In this document: positions 25,200 through 37,466 of the stretch, one piece after another
Position numbering within the stretch: position 1 is the stretch's first letter
How the letters are laid out: each line of letters opens with the position of its first letter
From: Octopus vulgaris
Lineage: Eukaryota
DNA: 64,000 bases
Reading direction: 5' to 3'
Assembly (NCBI GenBank): GCA_951406725.2
Contig: OX597823.1
Span: forward strand, 29,016,001 to 29,080,000
The notes under the pieces: generated by a model
Database searches by the model: none
Seen by the model: the letters and a program-made list of their open reading frames with translations, nothing else
Told to the model about the DNA's origin: nothing
Made by a program: the position numbers and the translations under genes

Positions 25200-25323
25200 A
25201 TCTTACAGCTGTTTCAGCCCAGAGGACAAAATACCTCATTCTACCTTTATCCTTCCAGTAGACTAAAGTAATTAGTAGATAAAATTGAGGTACTTGAGTG
25301 TTTCTCTAGGCTTCGTCAGAGAT
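25200..25323 (-). ncRNA. Type I hammerhead with extended stem II
   Basis: ATCT CTGACGA AGCCTAGAG...CTCTGGGCT GAAA CAGCTG TA AGAT; canonical core; inner stem AGTACCTCA/TGAGGTATT. Confidence 0.8.
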
Positions 25324-25502
25324 TTTAGAAAGTACATAAGGTTAAGTTATAAATATAAATACACACACATATACATACTTATACCTATACATACATATAC
25401 ATACTTATACCTATACATACATATACATAACTATACATAAATACATACACCTACACTTAAAGGTACATACATATTTGCATGTATACGCATACACAAAAAC
25501 CA

Positions 25503-25534
25503 ATTATTACTATTATTGTTATTATTATTATTAC

Positions 25535-25603
<69 letters not shown>

Positions 25604-25626
25604 CATCATCATCATCATTATTATCA

Positions 25627-25699
<73 letters not shown>

Positions 25700-25753
25700 C
25701 ATCATCATCATCATTATTATCATCATCATTATTATTATTATTATTATTATTAC

Positions 25754-25788
<35 letters not shown>
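25503..25788. repeat. (TTA)n/(TCA)n microsatellite
   Basis: Direct inspection. Confidence 0.95.
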
Positions 25789-26265
25789 GATGCATTATAT
25801 CATTCATATTAGATAAAATATAAACAGAGATATGAGAAAGTTATAAGAGGAGTACTATTGTAATTATATAATCAGTGTATCTTAAAGTTATTTTAGTTAT
25901 GTAAGAATGAAACTACATATACATGGGGAACATACATACATACACACACACACATATGTAAATATATATATATTTCCGCTTAAACATAATCATAGGTGCA
26001 TACGTATTATATGTGTTTAGAAGGGAGATTAAGTGCAGCAGTTTGTATCATTATAATTATATAATTATAACAATAATACACAAACTTATATTTTTCATAT
26101 AAACGTGTTATGTTCATATATGTATGTATGTATGTATGTATGTGTATACATGTGTATGTAAATATATGCATGTAATTGTGTGAGTGCGTATGTGCGTTTA
26201 TGAATGTGTGTGTAAGGATGAATGCACGCGCGCATGTGTGTCTGTGTGTTTGTGTGTGTGCGTGT

Positions 26266-26354
<89 letters not shown>

Positions 26355-26539
26355 GAAAGGTTTTCTTAAATTAAAAGCTATCAACAATATTTTCTTAATC
26401 GTTAAAACTCAGAATATGCACAATTTACAAGTAAGTTTCGGTATAGCGTTATGCTCTCTTTGCTATATACGGCTTTTCAAACACACGTATTATGGAGGAA
26501 TCCATCCAGAAGAAGATGTGTATATATGTATGTATGTAA

Positions 26540-26614
<75 letters not shown>

Positions 26615-26618
<4 letters not shown>

Positions 26619-26970
26619 TTTGATCACTTTGACCGACCACTCCGTCAGGCGTCCATTTGACACCGCTGGTCACAGCACGCTGTCCAATCCTCTCTGGATC
26701 GCGCCTTTCTCATCCACGTGATCCCAATCGTCCTCTTGAAATCGTCACTCCACCGTCGTGGAGGTCTTCCGGGTGGTCCTGTCCAACCTTCCCTTGCGCA
26801 CATCCCTTATGCCATTGAACGCCTTCCATCCGGCCCTTACTCTCCGTGAGATCTCCTATTTGATATCCCGGCACATATTTACTTCCTGTCCCAGATAGAC
26901 ATATTCTCTCACCTCCCCTATTTCATCACTGCCGATCACCATTCGACCTGTTGGTACGTTGTCTGACCGC
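26615..26970 (-). mobile_element. RTE-clade LINE 3' fragment with internal deletion
   Basis: EVREYVYLGQ, EISRRVRAGWKAF, PPGRPPRRWSDD; tail (AAGTGATCA)n-like. Confidence 0.8.
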
Positions 26971-26984
26971 ATACATACATACAC

Positions 26985-27040
<56 letters not shown>

Positions 27041-27720
27041 CATAAATAGGGAGAGGTATTTTAAGCATCAGGTACGAAGCTGTAATTGTTACCGTCATTC
27101 TGCCAATGAAATAATCGAACCATAATCACCAATCGACAAAACCTGTAATGCGTTACTCGGAGTACCAGTTTCAGCGATGAAAACTTACTGTTGTTCGGTT
27201 TAACTGCAACACCTCGTCATTGACTGCATTGAAGTCATTTTTCTGTTGAATACATTGGTTGGATCTTGGGTCTGAAGACAACTTCTTCCTTTTTTGCCAT
27301 CTGTTGTTGAGGACTAAGTGAAGATATTGGAAGATGTTGTTCCCCCTCTCATTTCACCATTTAAAATATCAAATTCGTCATAAATCCAATTACGTGCGTT
27401 CAAAATACTGAGACTAGATCACGTGGAACTACATAGATACTTGACGTTTTACATTGTATGCCTCAGATACAGTTATTATAATTTTTTTATTATATCTTTT
27501 CAAATATAGTCTGTGATTAATAGACCGAAAATTATTGGTGTTCAAACTCGGATTTAGATTTTATTTCTGTCACAAGAAATGAATAACAGCATGAACGGAA
27601 GGCAGTAGTATTAACTCGGCAACTTATTCGGTCGGTTTCTATTTCCACAGTATGCTTCGGAGTAGTCACTTGGATCTCTTTAATCTTTAAACACTATTTT
27701 TCTTTATGTACGTATATATA

Positions 27721-27959
27721 TATATATAAAAAAAGGAAATGAAGAAAATGCTGACAAATAATTGAAGTAATTTAAGTAATTTAATTAGGTGAAAGTTCTT
27801 TTTACCGGTTGCGCATTTGTTATGCTTATCAAAATATGCTTATCATATTTTGATAAGCATAACAAATGCGCAACCGGTAAAAAGAACTTTCACCTAATTA
27901 AATTACTTAAATTACTTCAATTATTTGTCAGCATTTTCTTCATTTCCTTTTTTATATAT
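27721..27959. repeat. Near-perfect palindrome of about 240 bp
   Basis: Arms 27721-27838 and 27844-27959; 5-nt loop CTTAT; HHR-like motif next to the centre on each strand. Confidence 0.95.
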
Positions 27960-27988
27960 CACCACTCGTGTTCGACATCTCCTTTTTT

Positions 27989-28083
<95 letters not shown>

Positions 28084-28170
28084 ATGTATGTATGTATGTA
28101 TGTATGTATGTATGTATACAAAGAGAGAGACACTAATAAAATGATGATATATTCTCGAACGCAGAGACGC

Positions 28171-28298
28171 CGTTAGAACAGCAGAAACATTGGATAAATT
28201 ACCCTTAGAAAGCGGAAAAATTTGTCAACAAACAGCTATGGGTCTAGAATCTATATCTCTTGATGAGATATAAAAAACAAATGTTAGTTTGTTTATAT
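28171..28298 (+). repeat. Left arm of the inverted repeat flanking the LINE
   Basis: Reverse complement of 32219-32349. Confidence 0.9.
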
Positions 28299-28354
28299 AC
28301 ATATATATATATATTTATATATATATATAAACAAATGTTAGTTTGTTTTATATA

Positions 28355-28471
28355 TGAAAGAAGTCACCCCCACCCCGATGAAAGAAGTCACCCCCACCTC
28401 GACGAAAGAAGTCACCCCCACCTCGATGAAAGAAGTCACCCCCACCTCGATGAAAGAAGTCACCCCCACCT
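28355..28471 (+). repeat. 24-bp tandem repeat x5 encoding ERSHPHLD
   Basis: GAAAGAAGTCACCCCCACCTCGAT units at the LINE 5' junction. Confidence 0.95.
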
Positions 28472-29114
28472 GGTGGACGCCCGGGAGGAGGTTTTGAATG
28501 AGAAACCTGCCCGGGAAGTGAACCCAGGTGCAAGTTCTCCAACCGGCAGCAAGGGCCATGGAGACGGAGAACGCGGTGAAGAGGTAGAGGGAGGAAGAAG
28601 AACTAAAAGAAGGACTGGAAGAGCTAAAGGAAAAGAAAAAGCTCAAGCAGGACCAAAGAGTGAAACAACCAGGAATAGAAGTGGAACCGCAAAGGATGGA
28701 ACCAAACAGCGCACACGGGTGTGTATGTTCTACCTGAGAGGTTCCTGCTGGCATGGAAAGGAAGGTGCAGGCTGCCGCTTTGCACATCGGGGACCCTGCC
28801 ACAGAGACACGAGGCAGATGGACAAACCATCAACACAAAGAAAAGGGATGGACCACGCACCACCTGCCCCAAAGCGGAGGTACGCAGATGTTGTGCGCGC
28901 CACAAACAGCCAACATGATGTTGTCGAAAGAGCAGCTGCTGAGCAACAATCTTTTTTGTGCATGGCACAAAAGATTGTACAGCAGCTGACCTGGCTTCAT
29001 CAAACCCAAGCCCGCAGGTGGGACTACCCACTATATACCAGACCACCACAGCAAACAGACACAGGATGGACACCGCCGGCAACAACGTACACCTCACCTC
29101 GATACTCCTACTGA
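28356..29114 (+). CDS. LINE ORF1 (5'-truncated) with CCCH zinc finger
   Basis: Open frame with CMFYLRGSCWHGKEGAGCRFAH (C-x7-C-x8-C-x3-H); the first ~30 codons of the track ORF are flanking repeat. Confidence 0.75.
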   Translation, partial: ERSHPHPDERSHPHLDERSHPHLDERSHPHLDERSHPHLVDAREEVLNEKPAREVNPGASSPTGSKGHGDGERGEEVEGGRRTKRRTGRAKGKEKAQAGPKSETTRNRSGTAKDGTKQRTRVCMFYLRGSCWHGKEGAGCRFAHRGPCHRDTRQMDKPSTQRKGMDHAPPAPKRRYADVVRATNSQHDVVERAAAEQQSFLCMAQKIVQQLTWLHQTQARRWDYPLYTRPPQQTDTGWTPPATTYTSPRYSY

Positions 29115-32059
29115 ACATCAGAGGACTGCAAACACTCAGTAACAGGACAAAGATCCCGTTCCTGAGAGACTTTGTTGCATGCAATCAAGCCATATGCATA
29201 GCACTTACAGAAACGCACCTGAAACCGGATATAGCAGATGCGGAGTTACACATACCACAGTATGCTGTACTACGGACCGACAGGAAAGAAAGGAGTCATG
29301 GAGGTGTTGCTATGTACATCCGTGAGGACCTCACACCCCAGGTCCTCTTGTCATACTCAAACTCGGTGTGTGACACACTAATTGTACATATTAGGCAACT
29401 TGATGTAGTTGTGTGTGCTACATATCGCCCTCCAGATGCCCCAAGCCATGTGGGCAAGTTTGAAGACTGCCTTATAAAAATAGAAGAAATTCTAACCACA
29501 TTGGAACAACACATAGGTGTGCTTCTTATGGGAGACTTCAATCTGCCCAATGTCAGATGGCCCGAGGGCCTTTCTCTCCCAGGAATGACAAGATGTGAAC
29601 GAGGACAGGCGAGGTCCCTCCTGAACCTCATCAACACCCTGTACATGGAGCAGGTAATACTCCAACCAACCAGGGCAGGTAACACACTGGATCTCTGCTT
29701 CACAAATGACATGGATCTCATCCATAATGTGAAAGTGACACCGACACTACTCTCGGATCACAACATGATAGAGCTGACCATGTACGGGCCAAAAGAGAGC
29801 ACGGACATGCAGCCTACAAGAAACCCTCAAAATCTTTCCAGCTTGAACTACCATAAGGCAAACTGGAAACAAATTGAGAAAGAGATCCTCAAACAAAACT
29901 GGCCTAAATGTCTCTCCTCGCCAGACATCGACGTGAAACTCCAACAATTCATGTCTGTAATGCAAGCCATATGCTACAAATGTGTCCCAGAGAGAAAGGC
30001 CACTGTACACAAGAACAAAATCCCCAGAGAGAGGAAAATTTTAATGAGACGGCGTACGAAATTTTCAAATCGCCTAAACAAACAGATTGAAAGCAGTGAA
30101 AAGTCCCGCCTAAAAATAAAACTGTTGGAAATCGAAAAATGTCTGCAACTCTCCCATGAAAAAGAAAGAGCAGACAAAGAAGCCTGGGCTATAGAAAACA
30201 TAAAATCTAACCCCAGAGCTTTCTACAGGTATGCCAAAGAAACAGCTACAGTGCACTGTAGAATAGGGCCACTCCTCGAAAAGGATGGCACACTTACAGG
30301 AAAACCAATGAGGGTAAGTGAAATACTGAATGAGCAATTCAAGAGTGTTTTCACTCCACCCCTTGGGCATCTCCAAATCACCAATCCAACTGACTTTTTT
30401 ACCACTGCAGATATAAAATCAGAGGCGGCGACGATAGATTACATCGATATAAAGGAAGACGATGTAACCAAGGCTATAGATGAAATGAAAACAGACTCAG
30501 CTACTGGCCCCGATGGATTCCCGGCAATCCTCCTAAAAGCATGTAAGAGAGTCCTAGCAAGACCACTGCAGTTCCTCTTTCAGAGCTTCCTTGCAGCTGG
30601 CAAACTTCCAGGAAAACTGAAAGAAGGTAAAATATGCCCCATTCATAAAGGAGGTAGCAGAGCGGAAGCCAAGAACTATAGACCTATCTCTCTGACCTCA
30701 CACATCAGCAAGGTCATGGAACGAATAGTCAGAAGGAAGCTGATCACCTTCCTTGAAGAGAATGACTTGCTGCCCGACACCCAACAGGTTTCCGACCAGG
30801 GAGAAGCTGTTTAACTCAGCTCCTACAACACTATGACTGGGTGCTGAAACGGCTGCTCAACCACTCAAATGTGGAAGTGATATATCTCGACTTTGCAAAG
30901 GCCTTTGATAAAGTCGATCATGGAATGATATGTCACAAACTGCGTGATCTCAACATAGTTGGAAAACTGGGAGAATGGCTTCATGATTTTCTGAAGGATA
31001 GAAGTCAGGTGGTAGTAGCCAATGGGGCCACCTCCATTAACACACAAATAGTGAGCGGTGTTCCGCAGGGCACTGTTCTGGGACCACTACTGTTCATAAT
31101 GGCCCTCTCAGACATACCCTCAGCCACGCAGAGAGCTACGATCACAAGTTATGCAGATGATACAAAAGTTTCACAGGCAATACAGAACCCTGAGGACACT
31201 AAACACCTGCAATGTGAGCTGGACGAAATATACAAGTGGGCTGAAAAGAATAGCATGCAGTTCAATGCTGGAAAGTTTCAAGCTTTATACTATCAGCATG
31301 CAAAACTGAATGCAATACCCAATGAATACACTGGACCCGGAGGGATTGCAATCCCAGAGGCACAATCTGCGTGACCTGGGTATTCACATGAGTGATAACG
31401 CGACCTTTCATGTACATGTTGCTAAACTGACAATGAAATGTAGACGGCTGGCTGGATGGATTCTTAGAACCTTTAGAACAAGAGAACAAGAAACCATGAT
31501 GGTCCTCTGGAAGACACTTGTCCTAAGCCACTTTGACTATTGCTCTCAGCTATGGTCACCATCCAGTGTCAAGTTGATCACAGAACTTGAGGCGATCCAA
31601 CGAAGCTACACGAAGAAGATAGCCTCTATGCAGAATGTAAGCTACTGGGAAAGACTCAAGAGATTAAAATTATATTCCCTGGAGCGTAGGCGGGAAAGAT
31701 ATGCCATAATATACATCTGTAAGATCCTGGAGGGAAGTGTCCTGAACTTTGGCATCGAGAGTTACGCAAATGCCAGAACTGGGCGCCACTGCGTGGTGCC
31801 TAGGACTCCAAACCTGCCATCAAGATGTAGGACAAGATTCTGTGATAGCCTGGGCTTCCGAGGCACACAGCTCTTCAATATCCTCCCGAAGAACCTGAGA
31901 GACCTGCATGGGGTGGATACAGATGTCTTTAAAATGAAGCTGGATCTCTTCCTGTCAGGTGTCCCAGATGAACCAACTTCACGGCAGGAGGGGCAGATGA
32001 GGGCAGCTGCATCGAACTCTCTCATGCACCAAATAGCAGTTGCTAGAAAGCCTCCATGA
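29066..32059 (+). pseudogene. LINE ORF2: AP endonuclease + reverse transcriptase, two frameshifts (about 30787 and 31368)
   Basis: LLNIRGL, LTETHL, YRPP, GDFN, LDL, SDH (APE); GPDG, YRPISLT, DFAKAFDKV, GVPQGTVLGPLLF, YADD (RT); YWERLKRLKLYSLERRR. Confidence 0.93.
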
Positions 32060-32148
32060 AGTGAAACCAAGTAGCAACACCAAATGGCGGTGCCCCAGCA
32101 TGGCCACAGCTCATAAGCTGAAACTAGAATCAATCAATCAATCAATCA

Positions 32149-32218
<70 letters not shown>

Positions 32219-32223
<5 letters not shown>

Positions 32224-32349
32224 AAACAAACTAACATTTGTTTTTTTTATATCTCATCAAGAGACATAGATTCTAGTCCCATAGCTACGTGTTGACAAAT
32301 TTTTCCGCTTTCTAAGGGTAATTTATCCAATGTTTCTGCTCTTCTAACG
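32219..32349 (-). repeat. Right arm of the inverted repeat flanking the LINE
   Basis: Reverse complement of 28171-28298. Confidence 0.9.
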
Positions 32350-32616
32350 TGTATTTATATATATATAAATACACATATATATTGAGGTTATTATTGAGAC
32401 CCAAAGGTATCAGGTAGTACTTGGAATGATCAAGTTTAAATACTGCTGGATCTCACTCATAAGGTATTGGAATCTTACATATATACCATTCTAACTAAAA
32501 AATAGATCTACAACTTCAATATCCCTACATATCTTACATCTATTTTCTTTCCTCCACCTCACTCTCTATATTGTATCGTATCTAAACTAACTATTACTTA
32601 ACCATCCTCTCACACC

Positions 32617-32668
32617 ATTTCCGATGAAGGGATATAATTAATAAATATCCTGGAAACAGCTGTAAGAC
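32617..32668 (+). ncRNA. Type I hammerhead-like motif (U4C) in a Penelope-like 3' remnant (about 32380-32740)
   Basis: TTT CCGATGA A GGGATAT..ATATCCT G GAAA CAGCTG TA AGA; weak stem I. Confidence 0.65.
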
Positions 32669-32740
32669 CTTCTATCTATAAATGTTCTAATATCTACACA
32701 GCTTTGGGTTTTTTTATTTAATTACGCAAAAATGTCTTAT

Positions 32741-32792
<52 letters not shown>

Positions 32793-32892
32793 TAATCGTA
32801 AAGGTATTTTAATATGCTGCCAAATTTTTTGATGGAATTTTTTTCTGTAAAAAAAACTTCATCCTATATTAGTAGTATATATATATATATAT

Positions 32893-33170
32893 AGGTAAAC
32901 AGTAAAAATAATTACAGACATGGACAAGAACATGAAACACCACAGAGACGACACAAGAACCACAGGACGGGACATTCGAAGCCCTCAGTCATCAGTCAAG
33001 AACCAGATCATCTTAGCAATTTCGGCTGATTAATCTTGAGATTGCTCCGATATGGGCAGCCCGCCAAGGGAAATCTAAGCCAAGCGCATTAGATCCCCTG
33101 GAAGAAAGCTTCGAATGTATACAACACGAGGACGGAAAACGAACGAAGTACACGGATGCGCACAGTATTC
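32893..33170 (-). mobile_element. Penelope-like pLTR remnant carrying a permuted hammerhead
   Basis: Abuts (TA)n; homolog at 18465-18688. Confidence 0.6.
32980..33046 (-). ncRNA. Non-circularly permuted hammerhead ribozyme candidate
   Basis: AGCAAT C TCAAGA ttaatc AGCC GAA ATTGCT aagatgatctggt TCTTGA CTGATGA ctgag GGCT. Confidence 0.7.
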
Positions 33171-34049
33171 TATGTCCATTATGGCCGATTGGGCTAATGA
33201 ATTTCTCACTAACGTTTCAGCAGGATGTTACGTAACAGACTGTTTATGTTTTTCTGTAATTTTCTGCCAGTTAAAAATATAAAAGACGCATATATACATA
33301 TACGTGTAAGTATGTGCCTATGTCAATGCTTATCAGTATGCGTGTGTGTAGTTGTTGAATATAGGTTTTTTTATTGCCTAACTTTGAAGACCTTTGGTGG
33401 AAATCATGAACACCGTGATCTTTCACTTGTTTCCGTATTACAAAATATTCCTAAATTGTATGAAGAATATAATCTTGGACTTAGAAACAATAGATTTCTC
33501 AAAGACATGTTCCCATTTAGAAACAAAACACTATAACTTTCCCTCCATTTACTTATTGTCACTATTTTGCTTGCATCTGCTTCTTACGTTTGCCTCCACT
33601 TTACACATCCTAATACTGTATTATCTAAACGTCTTGAATTATCTAAATTAGTTATAAATCTTTTCTGTCTCAGATAAAGAGTCAGTCCTGAAACGTCCAG
33701 TTCATCGTCTCTTTGTAGCATGACAATTAAAGGTGTTGGACAAGAATATACACGTGTTATCCTCAGACAAACGTCTCTTTACATGTGGGTATTTACATAC
33801 AGAGAGACTAGCCGGGAAAATAAGTACTCACTAATTTCAGGAGCGCTTAATAAGAGAAGGACTGGCCCTCATTTATCGTCCAGTTTTCATCGAGCATTCA
33901 AGAAAAGTAAGGCTTTAGCTGTTTACAGAACATATTCAGTGAAATCAAGATTCACAAGGGATAAGCATTAGGAACAAATTAAGAACAAGAACTACTGACA
34001 TGTAATTTCAGAAGTATGGAATTTTGCATCTTGCTAAGTAAAAATTTTG

Positions 34050-34340
34050 AGAGAAAACAAAGGCAACATTGTATAATGTGCTAAAATAGCTACGGGATTC
34101 ACAGAGCATTCATTCAGAAATCGTCTGTAGCAAAAGAGTAGTTCAATCTATTGCCTCTAAGAAAACACCACCAAACAAAATAAGGACATCCAAATATCAC
34201 ATGGTAGTCCATAGATAATTGTCAAAGTATTGCAATCTATGTCTTGCAGAGAAATTGCATATCATCTGGTACACCACATAATCTTAAACAAAAGAAAATG
34301 TATTAAATATCAACTTCCCACTACATAGATAAATTCCTTT
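34050..34340 (+). pseudogene. Decayed GIY-YIG endonuclease of a Penelope-like element
   Basis: NIV*CAKI..GFTEHSFRNRL and CNLCLAEKLHII...ILNKR. Confidence 0.6.
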
Positions 34341-34657
34341 TTATAAGCATTAATGCAGACCCTGCCTGTGCATAATTAGCAGAGCTTGATGTCATGGGCT
34401 AGTGGTTGCCGATCAAAGCTATCAGCCTTATGCTTTATGATAACTCATACGCTTCGTAATATTGTGAGATTGATCGCGTTAAACATTTAGGTGTAGAATT
34501 GTAATACTTTATATTATAAAAACAAAAAATTAATGATCTACACTTTCTAAGACGAGAGTGTATCGAGCGATTTTTTCTTTTCTAAAGCCAAAAACTAAAC
34601 AAAATAATACAGCTTAAATGTATATGTCTGTGAGTGTATATACTTGTAATTATGTGT

Positions 34658-34700
<43 letters not shown>

Positions 34701-34815
34701 CATGCATGTATATATAATATATATATGTGTGTGTGGATGCCTCTGTGTGTGCGCGCGCTCTCACGTGTGCATGTGTATGCAATTGTATATGCATATTTAT
34801 ATACATAAATATATG

Positions 34816-34859
<44 letters not shown>

Positions 34860-35040
34860 TTTTGTATAAGTGTGTGCGTTCGCGTGTGTGTTTTAGATAT
34901 ATATATCTGTGTGTATATATATATATATATATATACATATGCTATATACATAGATATTCGTGCATATATATGTGTATATATATGCTATATAGATATATAT
35001 GAATGCATATATGCATATATCTGTATACATAAACACACAC

Positions 35041-35075
<35 letters not shown>

Positions 35076-35343
35076 AATACAAATATATATACTTATATCT
35101 GAATGTTTGTGTGTGTTTGCGTTCAAAAGAACTGATTATTGACTCACGGTTTCCTTTATAACTTCTCTCAATAACAGCAGAACAAAATAACAAACTAGAA
35201 AACGGAAACCGATTACAATATTCCTGAAATAAGACATTGGAAATAGAGAGTAAAAAAAGCACTGCACACACACCTTCACACACACACACACACTATACAT
35301 AATACATACATACATGCATGTGTACATACGTGCGTACATATAA

Positions 35344-35377
<34 letters not shown>

Positions 35378-36082
35378 GTGTGTATATCTGTGTATTTATA
35401 CATATATGCATATGTATACTGTTTATGTATACGTATATATGTTCACAGAACATACATTAACAACAACAGCAAAAACAACAACAACACGAGGAGGAGATTA
35501 GAGCAAAAGAACAAACGGGTGAATTTATGAATAATGAATGAGAAAAAGAAAATGAATGGAGGAATAATGTTGAGAATAGCGAAATGGAAATATCTGGTGG
35601 AAGTGTTGAAAGAGAAGTCTATGAGATGGCGAAATGGAGCGATAACACAATAAAGGCTTTTTGGGTGAATAGAAGATACTTTATCTAGAAGGTGCGCGTT
35701 TGTCATCAGTGTGTGAGATTGATATCATGTGTGTGCGTATGAGTTTTTAGGCAAATGTGTCTCTTTCAATATACTCAAGCAAATGGACATTATGTATGTA
35801 TATATATTTGTATGTATGTATGTATGTATGTATGTATGTATGTATGTATGTATGTATGTATGTATGTATGTATGTATGTATTATGTATATATGTATGTAT
35901 GTATGCATTTATACAGGCATATATATGTATGTAAATGTATGATGAACACGTATATATATACATACATGCTTTGCGTATACATGTACGTATATGTATTATC
36001 ATTTATTAACTATATACACGTATATATGCATAAATACGGAAGTGTCTATATACATACATTTGTGTGTATAGATAGATAGATG

Positions 36083-36141
<59 letters not shown>

Positions 36142-36260
36142 TGATTGATAGACAGATAGGTAGACAGATAAATAGGTAGATATATAGTTAGTTAGATAGA
36201 TAGTTAAATAGATAGACAGACAAACAGACAGACAAACAGACAGATGGATAGATAGGTAGG

Positions 36261-36320
<60 letters not shown>

Positions 36321-36496
36321 ACAAATTACAAGGTAGAGCTTTTCTTTTGAAGGTTTAAAAAAAAAAAAAAAAAAAAAAGGAAGGGGGAGTTTGATCAAAA
36401 GGATCGTAAAAGGAGAGAAAGAGGACAAAAAAGGGGGTTAAAAAAAGGGGGAGAGGAAAAAAATTGATCAATAGGGATCGTTATCACAGAAATGTC

Positions 36497-36590
<94 letters not shown>

Positions 36591-36777
36591 GTGGCTGACT
36601 GGCTGGTTGGCTGGATTGATGGATGGACATGTGGATACAGCGAGGCTGAATATGATGCACACTGTACCTATAAATTCATTAGTATAATACATTGTATTTT
36701 CAAATGGAGGAGATAATTTGAGACTTTTAGAGAGATATGTGTACACGCACACACATATAAATATACGTATATGTATA

Positions 36778-36832
<55 letters not shown>

Positions 36833-37466
36833 ATATAGATGAGTATTTATATATGCATGTATGTTTATATACCAATGTATGTATGTGTGTGTGTTTATGT
36901 GTATAATTTCTTATATAAACACCTCGATATAGAATTTATTTTCCCACTATCAATGTAACACAATAAATATCACCGTATTGAAATATCAAGTAAATAGATG
37001 AACACGTAAGTGCCTATCTTAAAAGCGTACATGCATAATTTAATGCATACGCAGGGCCTCAGCTAGCAGATACATTGCTACGTAAACTAGTCTTACACGC
37101 ATGTGTGCGTTTGTGCGTATCCAGGCCTTAAGTGACTAACTAGCAGGGTAAACTGATAAACATGTTTATATAGGGAGAATATGTGTGTGTATGTGTGTTT
37201 GTGTGTGTGTGCGTGTGTGTGCGTGTGTGTGCGTGTGTGTGCGTGTGTGTGTTTGGTTGGCTGTGGGGATGTTCATGGATATATTCACAAGTTTAATGCG
37301 ATAATATTTGGCTCGTAATCTCTTCTGCCTCTTCTGCTTATTCATATCAACCAACGCATATAAACACAGGTTATACATATATACATACATACATGTATAT
37401 GTGAGGATTTGTATCCCCAACGTAGAATTCATGATGTAATACATGTCCTTGAAGTAGTAATTGTGC

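Larger units (their letters stand above)
28355..32152 (+). mobile_element. Near-intact CR1/L2-group LINE
   Basis: ORF1 plus APE/RT ORF2, short 3' UTR and (AATC)n tail; inserted in (TA)n. Confidence 0.92.

Noticed and set aside
28190-28270. Permuted hammerhead in the LINE-flanking inverted repeat
   Set aside because: A stem III-like pairing exists, but no core is correctly placed next to a stem I.
28355-28471. Regularly repeated 24-bp units resembling a CRISPR array
   Set aside because: The units are contiguous with no spacers, lie in frame within LINE ORF1, and the context is eukaryotic with no cas genes.
33663-33705. Decayed hammerhead (CAGATAA..GAAACGTC)
   Set aside because: Two core mismatches and a poor stem II; plausible relic but not supportable alone.
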